Source of the DNA: Ostrea edulis
Lineage: Eukaryota
Reading direction: 5' to 3'
DNA length: 64,000 nt
NCBI RefSeq assembly: GCF_947568905.1
Contig: NC_079168.1
Span: forward strand, 66,278,001-66,342,000
Each line of letters opens with the position of its first letter. The first letter of the stretch is position 1. A program made the position numbers and the translations under genes. Below the pieces are notes generated by a model that saw nothing but the letters and a program-made list of their open reading frames with translations, made no database searches and had not been told where the DNA came from. Shown piece by piece: positions 1 to 12,025 of the stretch.

Positions 1-315
1 TATTTTGGCTAATACTTGACTTTCACACACCCCTTTCTTACAATGACATCATAACAGAAACAAACGCAGCAGAATATTTATACAGAGTTTATTTTGTAAA
101 CAAACAAGAATTTCATCAATTTATAAAAGAGAAACATTAAACATACCGTTCTGTTGTTTCATTTTATACAGTTTTAAATACCGTCTGCAACTTCTGCATG
201 GCGAATTTATAAAATAAAGTTCTATGAAATTGGAAGCGAAAAAATGTAAGCAGAGTTATAAGCCTATTTACTTTATGATGATAAGTTAACCTGTTGTTTC
301 CTGGCAACTTCCATT

Positions 316-460
316 ACGGCTATGACTCGGCATGATCATAAGCGAGGCTGGTTTCGAGGCTCGAAAAATTTATATGTTCATGTCAGGGTACCGGCGCGAG
401 TCTTCATTAAAATCCTACAACAGAAATCTTTCAAGTGAACAAACACTCACGTCAGTTCGT
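316..460 (+). pseudogene. Crypton-like tyrosine recombinase C-terminal remnant
   Basis: Translates as ...SEAGFEARKIYMFMSGYRRESSLKSYNRNLSSEQ, resembling the SGH...S+..Y catalytic-tyrosine end of Crypton/DUF3504 recombinases. It is frameshifted upstream and has no full ORF. Confidence 0.55.
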
Positions 461-1039
461 TTTGATTTTCTTTTACACACACTGAAGATAAATAAAAGAC
501 GCAACCTACCTGCACTTTGTCTAAATCTGCCCTACTGTCTCGACTCGTCTCCTGCATAGCTACAACCGCGATTACTAACGATGCACATGCCGTTGTTTCT
601 TTTCAAAAACCTGACTAAGAGCTTAACGTTAACTTGACCCATCATATCCACCATCAATTCTCTCAGATCCTTTGAATTTCTGTCGAAATCTGTGTTCAAC
701 AATTGCGTTTTCAACTTAGTAAGCTAGACCGACGCCAATTTCTCCATCGCTGATCGCGACCAAATCACATCACGGATATAGTTTACTCCGCTCTTCTTGT
801 CGTCATTTCAGTTAACTTTACGCTCTAAATTACCTTTATTTTTCACGTTTCGTCTTTTTTTTTAACATTTTCAATTAAATATCTATATCTTATATATTCT
901 CTTTCATATTGTTCCTAATGTTTTATTCGATAAAACTCTAACGAACTATATTTTGTGGTCTATTATCTTTAGTTTGGTCATCTGCTACATAATCATGGAA
1001 GCTTGGTAAGAACACAAATCAAAATAGAAAACATAAATA

Positions 1040-1200
1040 TAAGAAATAAAAAATATCATTTTTGAGTGTTATTGGGATATGACATGAAGTTGGTACTGAT
1101 CAAATCTACTATAACGCCTTTCGGGCGTTATAGGATTTGATCACGTGACCAAATTCATGTCATATCTCAACAACATTCAAAAATGATATTTTATTTCTTA
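1040..1200. repeat. Imperfect ~160-bp palindrome (fold-back element)
   Basis: Left arm taagaaata..aaatatcatttttga..gatatgacatgaa..gatcaaatc..tataacgcc pairs with right arm ggcgttatagg atttgatc..ttcatgtcatatc..tcaaaaatgatattttatttctta around a short loop at about 1119-1123. Confidence 0.8.
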
Positions 1201-1509
1201 AATAAATCTTTGTAAAGAAGGCAATATTGCATACAAATCACGAACATATTTTTGTGATGAAACAATTACAGTGACGTCACAAAGTACGGAAAATTTCCGT
1301 GACTGATAGATTATATCAACATATTCCCTACCTACATGCACACAAAAAATTCAAAGTATGTTTAATGTCACATATCAATAGTATATTTTATATTAAAAAA
1401 TGCACGGAAATTTTTTATCATCCATGCAAAATGAATCCGTGATTTGTACTATTTTTTTCTATTTCTGTGCATCCGTCTGTCTGTGCTTTGTCAACCTCCA
1501 TTCTCTCTG

Positions 1510-3817
1510 TTCTAATCCTATACATGTCAAATTAAGACGAATGCTGTCTTTCTATATCTCTTTAGTGCTTGATATGAATTAAGATAAAAAAGTAAAGAAA
1601 ACAATGATCAATTTCATAATCCTGCAACTAATACAAAATCGAGAACAGGGCAAACACAGTCCAAGTGGGATCAAGTGCCTTGGAAAAGACCGGTCAAACC
1701 CGCTGTGTCTCTCTATCAAGATAATTGCTATGTTATCAATACCCCATTCACATTACAAATTAACAGGAAGGTTGACTCTGTGACAGTTTGGTTATGATAT
1801 ACTACATGCCAACATCGAAATGGAAAAATAAATTTGTAAACATGTTCGCCCATCTCACGCCCACTGTAAAAACCAAATTTAAATAATTCTAGATGCTTCC
1901 CTTTAATCGCTTCCCAAACCAAGTGTTAGTAATCATCATAATTCATTATCGACATTTCTGTCCTAGTATTTCGAAATGTTCAAACTGTCAATATAAAAAA
2001 AAAAACTCCATGTACCACTGATTGCCCTGCCGACTCAGATTGAATTAATCTAACTCGTTTTACCTTTCTATGCAGTTTTCATCCGAAGAATAAGTCAACT
2101 AACATTTAGGGGAAATGTGAAGTGAAACGAGAAAAGACTGTCAGAGACGTTGTCGAGCGTAAAGCCCGTTCACGGATATCTATTCATATTTCCTACCTAG
2201 TGCAGATTTAAGAAAAATTAAAGTGTATTCGGGGTCAGCGAGTCAATTCACTTCGGATTGTAAACAACTCGGCTTAGACGAAATGAAGAAACCTACAGGA
2301 CTTGAGAATTTGACGTGGAAGATTTTATGTTTATTATTCATAATTTATCCGAACTCGGCACAACCAAATGAAGCCTCGAGACGCTTATCTACGGATCTCA
2401 TGAAAAATTACAACAAAATGATTCGAGGAGTAAAAGATATGGGAGAAATAACTACATTGAGAATCCATTTTAGTCTTATTCGAATAGCAGAATTTGACGA
2501 AGTGAATGGAAAGCTATCATTGGTTGGATTCTTTGGTATCTTTTGGAATGACTACAGAATGGCGTGGGACCCAGAACAATATTATGATACATACACTATA
2601 CTGTTTGAAGAAAAGGAAGTATGGAGACCGTTGATTGTTTTAGCTTCACCCCAAGAAGAGTTTAAAAGACTTGGACATGACGATAATTTCTTTGTAAGAT
2701 TCAATCCGGAAGGCTACGCAGAATGGTATCCCGGGGACATTTGGGCGACAGCGTGTACACCGGATGTGTATACATACCCGTACGACACCCAGACTTGTGT
2801 TGTAACCTATGTTATATGGGCCTATGCTGTTCATGAAGTTACTGTAAAGGTTTTATCTGATACAGTCAGTTTGCACGTTTACACTCCTCATGGTATGTGG
2901 GATCTGATTGATACCTCAGTAACATCAAATGTGGACGTAGGACGAGGACTGACGTTGATTGACATCACATTAGTGATGAAAAGAATCTCCACATTCCACC
3001 TCATCAACATGATTCTTCCCATCGTTTTTGTCGGGTTACTTAATATCCTCGTGTTTCTTCTCCCTGCTCAGTCCGGTGAAAGAGTCGGTTATTCCATCAC
3101 GGTTTTACTCGCCATAGCCGTGTTTCAAACAATAGCATCCGACAATCTTCCAAGCGTTTCTAAGCCCCAGCTTTCGTTGCTTTGTATCAAACTTTTAGTA
3201 GATCTGATTTTGAGTGCTTTAGTGACGATGTTAACGATTGTGACGTTGTATTTTTATCACATGCCGGAATCTCGGAGAGTGCCGTCGTGCGTTGCATCTG
3301 TAACAAGTTTTGTGCTGTGCAAAAATTGTTGTAAGGACAAACCTAACGTCACTCTAGAAAAGCATGGTTTCAAGAATGGAATAGACGCGATAGAATCTGT
3401 TTCAGTGAATGACAACCATTCAGGTGACGTCACGTGGACAGATGTTGGTAAAAGTAGTGACATTGTGTTTGCCGTTTTTTCTCTGTTGACGTTTTTAGCG
3501 TCAAATCTTGTATTTGTGCTGTATGTCGCATAATAAATTGTTAACATATCTTAATTTTGAAATTGAATCAATGAATAATGATAATGATGGAGCATTTATA
3601 GAAGTGCATATACTGTAATTACGAAATAATGGTAGATATTTTTTCTTGACTTGTGGACTTTTATCGGTATTTGATGGACAATGTTTAGCTGAAAGTTGTG
3701 CATTGCCTTTGAGGAAATAGGAAACGATCACTCTGCAATCTGTCACGTGTAAAACTGAAAAGGGCAGAAGTACATGTAGTTCACTAGCTCTTTAGAATAT
3801 TTTCAATCCTAGACATC

Positions 3818-3825
<8 letters not shown>
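1510..3825 (+). repeat. Segmental duplication, copy 1 (upstream region, receptor gene 1 and 3' flank)
   Basis: Colinear high identity with ~17615-20290, from ctaatcct(a/g)tacatgt to caatcctagacatcgtatata. Confidence 0.9.
2283..3533 (+). CDS. Cys-loop ligand-gated ion channel, nicotinic acetylcholine receptor-like, non-alpha type (paralog 1, 416 aa)
   Basis: Signal peptide MKKPTGLENLTWKILCLLFIIYPNSA; Cys-loop C-x13-C (CTPDVYTYPYDTQTC); four TM segments; M2 GERVGYSITVLLAIAVF; no vicinal CC in loop C. The ORF-track start at 2223 is a GTG; first ATG is 2283. Coding sequence is uninterrupted. Confidence 0.95.
   Translation: MKKPTGLENLTWKILCLLFIIYPNSAQPNEASRRLSTDLMKNYNKMIRGVKDMGEITTLRIHFSLIRIAEFDEVNGKLSLVGFFGIFWNDYRMAWDPEQYYDTYTILFEEKEVWRPLIVLASPQEEFKRLGHDDNFFVRFNPEGYAEWYPGDIWATACTPDVYTYPYDTQTCVVTYVIWAYAVHEVTVKVLSDTVSLHVYTPHGMWDLIDTSVTSNVDVGRGLTLIDITLVMKRISTFHLINMILPIVFVGLLNILVFLLPAQSGERVGYSITVLLAIAVFQTIASDNLPSVSKPQLSLLCIKLLVDLILSALVTMLTIVTLYFYHMPESRRVPSCVASVTSFVLCKNCCKDKPNVTLEKHGFKNGIDAIESVSVNDNHSGDVTWTDVGKSSDIVFAVFSLLTFLASNLVFVLYVA

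Positions 3826-3855
<30 letters not shown>
3817..3855. repeat. (TA)n microsatellite
   Basis: About 19 TA units read directly. Confidence 0.95.
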
Positions 3856-3857
<2 letters not shown>

Positions 3858-3898
3858 AAAACTTCATAGTTATTTCGGATTTCAAATATTTCGGTTGA

Positions 3899-3942
3899 GC
3901 ATCACTGAAGAGACATTATTTGTCGAAATGCGCATCTGGTGC
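3899..3942 (+). ncRNA. Minimal type I hammerhead ribozyme motif, family A, intact core
   Basis: Stem I GCATCA/TGGTGC; core CTGAAGA; stem II GACA-ttatt-TGTC; GAAA; palindromic stem III ATGC/GCAT; cleavage triplet ATC (cut after 3936). Confidence 0.8.
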
Positions 3943-3973
3943 ATCAAAATTGGTACCGTATAAGTTTTACATA

Positions 3974-4187
3974 TATACAAAGCACTAAAATGACCAACGA
4001 CACGAACAACGAGATTGTCAAATTTTCGGGACGACCCGTCCCTTCTTCAGGACAAACGAAAAGAATTACATAATTGTGTAACTCTTTTCGTTTGTCCTGA
4101 AGAAGGGACGGGTCGTCCCGAAACTTTGACCCCGAAACTTTGACAATCTCGTTGTTCGTGTCGTTGGTCATTTTAGTGCTTTGTATA
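3974..4187. repeat. ~105-bp-arm inverted repeat, each arm with a hammerhead-like motif (family B)
   Basis: tatacaaagcactaaaatgacc...gaaaagaattaca / tgtaactcttttc...ggtcattttagtgctttgtata. Right arm has tttgtc-CTGAAGA-a-GGGACG-ggt-CGTCCC-GAAA-ctt-t-gac (4091-4130) plus a 14-bp duplication. Confidence 0.8.
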
Positions 4188-4279
4188 ATTTTTTGTATTT
4201 GACCTTGTATCCATAATTTGGATCCGACACTCTGAGGTATCGGGTGTTGTTGGAACTTTAGTGCTTATATATATATATA

Positions 4280-7200
4280 AGATTTTGACCTTGAACTTGG
4301 AAGGCACCAGGGACAAATTGACTCGCTGTCACGGTCTGTTGATACGCTTATAGAAAGAATACAAAAGGTTGAAAATCTAAAACGTCCTGACTAGGAGTCG
4401 GAACCAGCTGATAACACAAGTAAGAAAAACAATTCGAACAAACTCAGTGACCCAGAACGCACGATAATAACCAATAACATTATACAAAACCAAGACTAGG
4501 ATATTCTTGAGATAGCTGAGGATCTTGTAAGACACCTAAGTAAATGTAGTTGTGGCGACACGATTAAAGAGCAGGGGTTCAGGGAAACCAGGTCTGGTTA
4601 AAATCAGTTTTTCATCAGTTGAGGAGAAAATTGATGTACTTCGAAAGAAACGTGATTTACTTGATATCCCAGCGTACAAATCCGTTTTCCTGAGATCCTC
4701 AAAATCACACACAGAAAGGTTAATAGAGCTTAACGCGAAAACTATCTTGAACCAGATCCCAAACGGCAACCAATTTCGTATTATCTCCAATGGACGCATC
4801 GTGAAAAAAACGCATGGTCTACAACAAAATGACCCATCTCACTTCACTGATCAGAATGGCAAGAACCATCTATAGGAACTTTCCCGGCCTATTGGTCATT
4901 TAAACGTCTGCGGTTGGACGAACGAAAATGGGAATTCAGAAATCAAATTATCAGTGCACTCAATTGTGATATTATATCAATCAGTGAAACACATTTACAA
5001 GTATGGAATGTAATTGACATTTCAGGTTACAAATGGTTTGGTTTTAATAGAAGAGATATCCACGTGAAAGCACCGAAATCTTCGGGTGGCGTTGGAGTGG
5101 TAATAAGAGAATGGTTAATAGAATATTTTGAAATCACAGTAATTGACAAAGTATTTGACGGTATCCTTGGAATAAAATTGAGAAACTGTAGTTCTGATTT
5201 TGAATTCATTGTGTTTGTACGTTACTTACCACCCGGATATTCTAACAGAGGAAGAGATGCTCAAGTTTTCTTTACGCATCTTTTATCTCAGATTTATCTG
5301 AATTGTGAAAGTGACGTCATTGTCGTGATGGGCGACCTGAACTCTAGAATAGGCAACGTGAATGACATACTTCAAGACATTGACCACATTCCTAACCGAA
5401 ACTCTATAAATAGTACTGTTAATCAACACGAACATGAATTAATCGACTTCCTTAATGAAGCAAGTTTTTGTGTACTGAATGGTAGATTCCCAGAGGATAA
5501 CTTTACATGTACATTATGTATCTCAAGGAAGGGTAAATTTGTAGTATATTATATGTGTGTACCTTTTGACGAGTTTAGACAAATTAAGAACCTAAAGGTA
5601 TTAACTGTGCAGAACATTGCAGAGAAATTTGAACTACTTAAATTTATTGGGGAGAAATAAAAACTTCCGGATCATTCAGTCATCAGTTGTGAGTTAAATG
5701 TCTCTGATTGTTGTTTAGTCACTGGCAACAAAAGAACAGAACATCGTCAAAACCGCTTTAATTTCAATAGGATCCCGACTGATTTTATGACATGTGAACT
5801 AAGAAGGTCTGCTTTGATAGCAACAATAGATCTGATTGAAAATAGTCGAAAAACACAGGAGAGTATTGATGAGATCTGTGATCATTTATGTGAAGTAATT
5901 TCTAACGAAATGGAAGCCATCATTCCCAAAGTTACACCTAAAAGCAAGAATAAACGTTTAAAAACTAACAAACCATACTGGATGGAACAATTGACACACC
6001 TATGGGGTGCCACGCGGGAAACGGAAAATAACTTCATACGATATAAAGGGGAATGGAAAGTCAAATCGGCCCTTAAACGGGAACATATCAAAGCATGATA
6101 TATCTTAGACGAGCTGAACGTGCATACAAGAAATCAATTGCTAATGATATTGAAGATATGAGCTCTACAAATCCAAACGATTTCTGGAATAAAATTCGAA
6201 CTCTTGATCCTAGAAATAAACAAAATATACCAACGGAGGTTTTGAATGATGAAGGGAATGTTTCATCCAACGACAAAATGTCCTGGAAAGCTGGAGAGCT
6301 GATTTTGAAAATTTATACAATGGAAGTGGAAGTAGCGAATTTGATAACAACCACTATAATCATTCGAAATCTGATAAATATATTAGAGAAAACTATATGG
6401 AAGAACAGTTTTACCAGTGTAACGAAGAAATAAATCATGACATATCTCTTCAGGAAATATCCGATACAGTAATGCGTGCAAATCTAAGTCTGCATGTGGG
6501 TTCGACGAAATTCCTTACAGTGTTTTGAAATATCGAATAGTCATCGACACGTTACATCATCTTTTGCAACACACTTTTGACACAAACACTATTCCCTCGG
6601 TTTGGTGTAAAGCAATAATGTGTCCTATTCTTAAGGATTCTTCATAAGACAAACGTCTTCCAATGAATTACCGTGGTGTGAGTCTGCTGTCATGTATCAG
6701 CAAACTTTACAGTTCCCTTTTCAACAAAAGAATTGTGAGTTATTTAGAGAATAACGATATTTTAGCAGATGAACAAAACGGTTTTAGAAAGGAAAGACCA
6801 TGTCAAAATCACTTATTCACTTTGAGTAGTTTAGTTCAAAACAATCACAATCTTTATGTTGCATTTATTGATCTTATAAAGTGTTTCGATTTTGTCGATA
6901 GAGAAATGATGCTATATAAACTTTAGTTACATAACATTGATGGTAAACTGTATAACTCGATAAAAAATATTTATCAAAGCTCAGAATCATGTGTACGAGT
7001 TAACGGAAAACTTACAAATTGGTTTAGATGTAAAAGTGGTGTTAAACAGGTAGATAATTTATCCCCTACCTTATTTTCAATTTTTATTAACGATTTGGTA
7101 CAGGATATTAACGATCTTGATTTGGGACTAGTAAGCTGTCTATCTTATTATATGCAGATGACATTGCTTTAATAGCCAAGTCTCCAGAAGATTTACAAAG

Positions 7201-8005
7201 CATGTTAAACAAACTACATAACTGGTGTAGACGTTGGAGAGATCTTATGCAAGGTGAAGATAACGAACAATGATCAATCTCATAACTCCTATAAGCAATA
7301 CAAAATAGACAGTTGGGCAAACACGGACCCCTGGACACACCAGAGGTGGGATCAGGTGCCTAGAAGGAGTAAGCATCCCCTGTTGAATAAAATATACCAA
7401 CAAATCTAAATGTATATATTTTCGCAAAAATAGTCGGTCCAGAGCAACCGATTTTGAATTCACTATAGGATTGAATAAGTTAGAAACAGTTGATAATTAT
7501 AAATATCTGGGAGTAATGTTTACTTATACAGGTAATTTTGTGAAAAATGCAGAGAATCTTGCTAAAGCAGGGGGCGTGCTCTTGGGAAAATTATATCCAC
7601 AATTCATACTAATAAAGACTTTAGGTTTAGGGCTTATGATAAACTATTTTACTCCTGTGTAATACCTATCTTGGACTATGCATCTAGTGTCTGGGGTTTC
7701 AAAAAATTTCAATCAATAGATAATATTCAAAACAGGGCTATTCGGTATTTTATTGGGGTACATCGTTTTGCACCTACATTGGCTGTTTGCGGAGACACTG
7801 TATGGATACCAAGTCAAGATAGACGTTGGATAAATGTTATCCGATATTGGAATAGAGTATTGTCCTTTGACAATGAGCGTGGTATAAGAAATATATTTGA
7901 ATTTGATTACAAAAGATGTAGAAACAATTGGTCTAGTGATTTGAAAGAAATATTTCATAATTTAGAGTTAGCTAGACTATTATTTTAAGTCAAAACTAAT
8001 GGTAG
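4280..8005 (+). mobile_element. Decayed L2/CR1-group LINE (ORF1 remnant plus APE-RT ORF2)
   Basis: ORF1-like 4552-4875; APE motifs GHLNVCGW, ISETH, MGDLNSR, SDH; RT motifs NYRGVSLLS, EQNGFR, AFID, SPTLFSIFINDL, LYADD. Many stops and frameshifts; interrupted at ~7244-7386. Confidence 0.9.
7244..7386 (-). mobile_element. 3'-end fragment of the Naiad-type Penelope-like element, inserted in the LINE RT
   Basis: Reverse complement of 11177-11315 and of the end of 51954-52381. LINE reading frame RWR...NKSKC resumes after it. Confidence 0.8.
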
Positions 8006-8012
8006 ATATAAA

Positions 8013-8468
8013 TGCAAGGTGAAGATCAATCTCATAACTCCTATAAACAATACAAAATAGATAGTTGGGCAAATACAGACCCCTGGACACACCAAAGGTG
8101 GGATCAGGTGCCTAGGAGGAGTAAGCATCCCCTGTTGACCGGTCACACCTGCCGTGAGCCCTATATCTTGATCAGGTAAACGGAGTTATCAATATTAGTA
8201 TAATATACATGTTTGTTATATCTTAACGAAGTTATCCGTGGTCAAAATCAGTGTGCCAAGAACGGCCTAACTATCCGTATGAAACATGTCAGACAGCATT
8301 TGACTCAATGGTGGTATTGACGAACTAGATCGTTATAACGATCATAAAATTTGCGAAATGCTGACTTCAATCGAGACTGTTGAAACCCCTGTACTATCAA
8401 CTTGTTTGTAAGTAGCTTGCCTCGATTTAAAAACTGACTATACGCAGAACGAGCTTATGCGAATCGAA
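8013..8468 (-). mobile_element. 5'-truncated 3' end of the Naiad-type Penelope-like element
   Basis: Reverse complement matches 51954-52381 and 56230-56440, including the RT C-terminus LTNKL..QGFQQSRLKSAF. Confidence 0.8.
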
Positions 8469-9250
8469 GTGAAGTGCCACACATAGACCTATGCATGCTC
8501 AAGGTTGTAGCAGTGAGGGTTCTTTAACGTGCCAATATACCATACCTCCGTTCTTAAGTTCTCATGAGAAAAACCGAGCAATTGCCAAAGGAGCAGTCAC
8601 TAACTATTTCAAAACTTCTGTTTGACAAGACCAAGACATGAGAGGAGCCTCCTATGTAAAAAAAAAAAACAAAACAAAAAAAAAAAAAAAACATTGTTCT
8701 AACCAATGAATCACCGCGACATATGTTAATACAAAACCATTTGCTCCTTTATAAAACCCAATTTGAATATGAGTTTTTGTACTACTGTCAATACTTTTGA
8801 AAATATACTCCCAGTATTTCAGTCAATTAAGATATAATAGGGACGTGTGAGTCATGTGAAGCCCAGTGTGGTAGCATATAATTGGATATCACTTTCAAAA
8901 ATCTCGAATGGGACGTATTTAACAACCCACATTTTAACAACCATATCATAGTAAAACCTTAGGGCAGATTATTCACGTACCAAAAAATGAATAGTTTCAT
9001 GCGACAGACAGTGTCCGACATCTGACTGTCCAGAGCGCTTTCATTGTTATGTTTTAGCAGTTGAAAGATTTTAATGGATGAGTGGCTGTATTAAGAAATT
9101 CTTTAAAAGGCACGATAAATAACTCGATAAAGCCGAACGAGAGAACGTCCGATAGGAATGCCTTCTCTGAACTATTCAACATTATGTCGTTATTTTTCAT
9201 TACTGAAAAGATTAATGCAGTAAATTACAAGCAGTGATTCTTTTAACTTC

Positions 9251-10068
9251 CGTGTGTAGTGTATAAAGATTCCTTAAGTGTATATGTCTAGCTAAAATCT
9301 GTAACTTTTTCATGTAAAGCGGCATCGATGGAAACCCATCGTGGATTCACTGGTAAACTCGAATAGAGGCCGTGGTTGTTGGATAAAAATGACTAAGTAC
9401 ATTCTGATAATACGTACACTTCATCTCTTCAATATACATGTATTCCAAAACGAGAGCGATGCTTACGCTGTGAAACACGACCGCCTAGTAGTATAGTATA
9501 TTAAGTTATGCAGTAGCAATAAAAGAAAAATTCAAATAAACCATTCTCTGGTCAAAAAATAGTTCTGATAAATGTTCTTTCAACACTTATGATTTTTCCA
9601 AATATACTTGGTGTCAACACTATGGAGAACATGTTCACCAAGTTTAACGATCCTAGTCTAATATCAAAATTATATTTTCCCTCCATAAATACTCATGAAA
9701 GTATGACCTCGAAGTATAACTTTTCTTACCAATGGTAAGATATGTACATGTATACAAAGTTGGATTAATCTGCTAGCCTTTGTAGAAGACTTTTTATCCT
9801 TCCCACAAGATGTTGATGGATGCTAGGACAGAAGACGTGCAGATACAAAACACGTCGCTCTATATACTCATTCAACTCCTCTTAAATAATTGTTGAGTAT
9901 ATGTAAATCAGATTGATACATCTTGTTTTGTGTCCAAAAAATAACCCAGATAATTTTGACCTTTGTTAAAAAAAGTAGACTTTTTTCCTATCATCATTGG
10001 TAACACGTACGTGTACTAAGTTTCCACATAACCATGTAAAATTGACCTTGACTTTGACCTTAGAAAAA
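9251..10068 (+). repeat. ~800-bp block duplicated at 23884-25140
   Basis: Colinear from gtgtgtagtgtataaa to aaattgaccttgactttgaccttagaaaa. The second copy carries an extra MITE (24498-24931). Confidence 0.9.
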
Positions 10069-10074
10069 TATGCA

Positions 10075-10665
10075 TGCTTTTGTAAAATCCTGGAAATCAA
10101 GAAAACTAGGACTACTCTAATAAATCCAAGAACTAACGGTTTGGTCGAACGTTTCAAAATGACTTCGATCAGTATGATTAAATCATACATTAAAGGCAAA
10201 CAGAATGGAATAAAAATTAGGATGCCATATAGAAGTACTCTTCAAAAATCTACAAAATTTACTCCAAACATGATTATGCTTGAAAAAGAGGTCAAACTTC
10301 CATTACAAGTAATATATTCAAATCCCGAAAATTTAGAAGAATGTTCTTCTTATGGATATTACCTGTATAAACTCAGAGAGAACCTGTATCTCTCTTACCA
10401 GATAGTCAGAAAGAATCTGAGATGTGCGACGAAAATACAGAAAGATAAATACATGTATGATAAGAAATCTTATTTGAGCCATTATCTGACTGGCGATTTA
10501 GTTTCCGTCCAGATGGGGAATCCTGATACTGATCTTCAGAGCTACAAGTTACAGCCAAAATACATTGGTTCCTGTCTGATTCTACAAAAGATCAACAATT
10601 TGTTATACAAAGTCAAACTCAATGAACAAACCAATGTCAAGCTCATACATCATAATAAAATGAAA
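10075..10665 (+). mobile_element. Ty3/Gypsy integrase C-terminal remnant
   Basis: KTRTTLINPRTNGLVERF (integrase core end), STKFTPNMIML, and KLQPKYIGSCLILQKINNLLYKV (GPY/F-like module). Confidence 0.85.
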
Positions 10666-10667
10666 CG

Positions 10668-10947
10668 ATCTAGTTCGTCAATGCAACCTATCATTGGGTC
10701 AAATGCTGTCTGACGTGTTTCATACCGATTGTTAAGCCGTTCTTGGCACACTGATTTTGACTGCGGATAACTCTGTTTACCTGATCAGGATATAAGGCTC
10801 ACGGCGGATGTGACCAGTCGACAGGGGATGCTTACTCCTCCTGGGCACCTGATCCCACCTCTGGTGTGTCCAGGGATCCGTGTTTGCCCAACTATCTATT
10901 TTGTATTGCTTGTAGGAGTTATGACATTGATCATTGTTCGTTATATT
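10668..10947 (+). mobile_element. Naiad-type PLE 3'-end fragment
   Basis: Matches 52040-52381 (gatctagttcgtca...tcacctttcat). Confidence 0.8.
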
Positions 10948-11009
10948 CACCTTTCATGTAGGCGAAATGGTACCGTAGATGAAGAAGTTTATGAAGAAGA
11001 ATTAATACA

Positions 11010-11146
11010 TATTATTGATTGATTGATTGATGTTTTCCGCCAAACCCAACAATTTTTCAATTATCTGGTGGCGCCCAGTCTTTATTGATGGAAGAGAGAA
11101 CCCAGATACAATTTAACTGGGAAGAGACCACCGACCTTCCGAAAGT
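11010..11146 (-). mobile_element. Partial tRNA-SINE family B (3' part)
   Basis: Reverse complement of the 3' half of 22502-22737, with (ATTG)n tail. Confidence 0.75.
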
Positions 11147-11176
11147 TAATACATATTATGAACCAAACCATATTGG

Positions 11177-11315
11177 TCAACAGGGGATGCTTACTCCTCC
11201 TAGGCACCTGATCCCACCTCTGGTGTGTCCAGGGGTCCGTGTTTGCCCAACTATCTATTTTGTATTGCTTGTAGGAATTATGAGGTTGATCACTGTTCAT
11301 TATCTTCACCTTGCA
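11177..11315 (+). mobile_element. Naiad-type PLE 3'-end fragment
   Basis: caacaggggatgcttactcctcctaggcacctgatcccacc...tcaccttgcat, as in the other copies. Confidence 0.8.
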
Positions 11316-11325
11316 TATACATATA

Positions 11326-11499
11326 CAGTCTACTCCGGATATAATGAAATCCAGGGGACCGAACTGAATTGTTCATTATATCCAAAGTTCAATATAACCA
11401 ATGCTGAACTACACAAATATTGCTACTGGGGGATTTATTTTAACGTCAATATAACAGATATTTCAATTTAACCGACTTCAATATAAGTGGAGTGGACTG
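11326..11499. mobile_element. 174-bp MITE, Tc1/mariner (pogo-like) type
   Basis: TA|CAGTCTACTCC ... GGAGTGGACTG|TA: imperfect TIRs and TA target duplication. Confidence 0.75.
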
Positions 11500-12025
11500 T
11501 ATATGGTTTATCGTTACAAAGAAGATTTCTAAGAAGATGATGTAGTTCATATCATTAAACATAACAAGTCAAATACATATCTAAATGTATCACAGAACTT
11601 GGTCCTGGTCAGGGATTGGAAATTTAAGGAAATTTTTAAATAAGTAAAATTATACTTACCCTTACTTCTTCCTGTTGTAGAGAACTAGTCATCATGGATC
11701 CTTCCATTATGAAGATGGTGAAGAAAAAGGAGCCTGTGTTTCAATGTACGGTCGACGGATGTACAAAACATGGAGACAAATTGACCATGGAGAGACACAT
11801 GTTACTGAAACACATCGAGAAGAGTAAATTCCCATTCAGCTGTTGTTTGTGACTTTGTGTCCACAAAAGAGAAAGAGGTTTTAAACCACCACAAGTGGTA
11901 CCTACCCCACAAGTTCCAACAGTAAGAAAAATTTGAAGCTGTGAAAGTAGAAGAACCAGTGGAGATCAACCTGAAGAAATGGGAGAATGTGGCCTCAAAC
12001 ACCTATTGGTTACAGAAATTACAGA

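Noticed and set aside
532-714. 60-aa minus-strand ORF
   Set aside because: No recognisable domain or splice context; lies in TE-like sequence.
2223-2282. N-terminal extensions of receptor ORFs in the track (also 18679-18738 and 30832-30837)
   Set aside because: They start at GTG/TTG; the downstream ATG directly precedes a signal peptide.
10810-11471. ORFs 10810-11022 and 11085-11471
   Set aside because: Chance read-through of adjacent PLE, SINE and MITE fragments.
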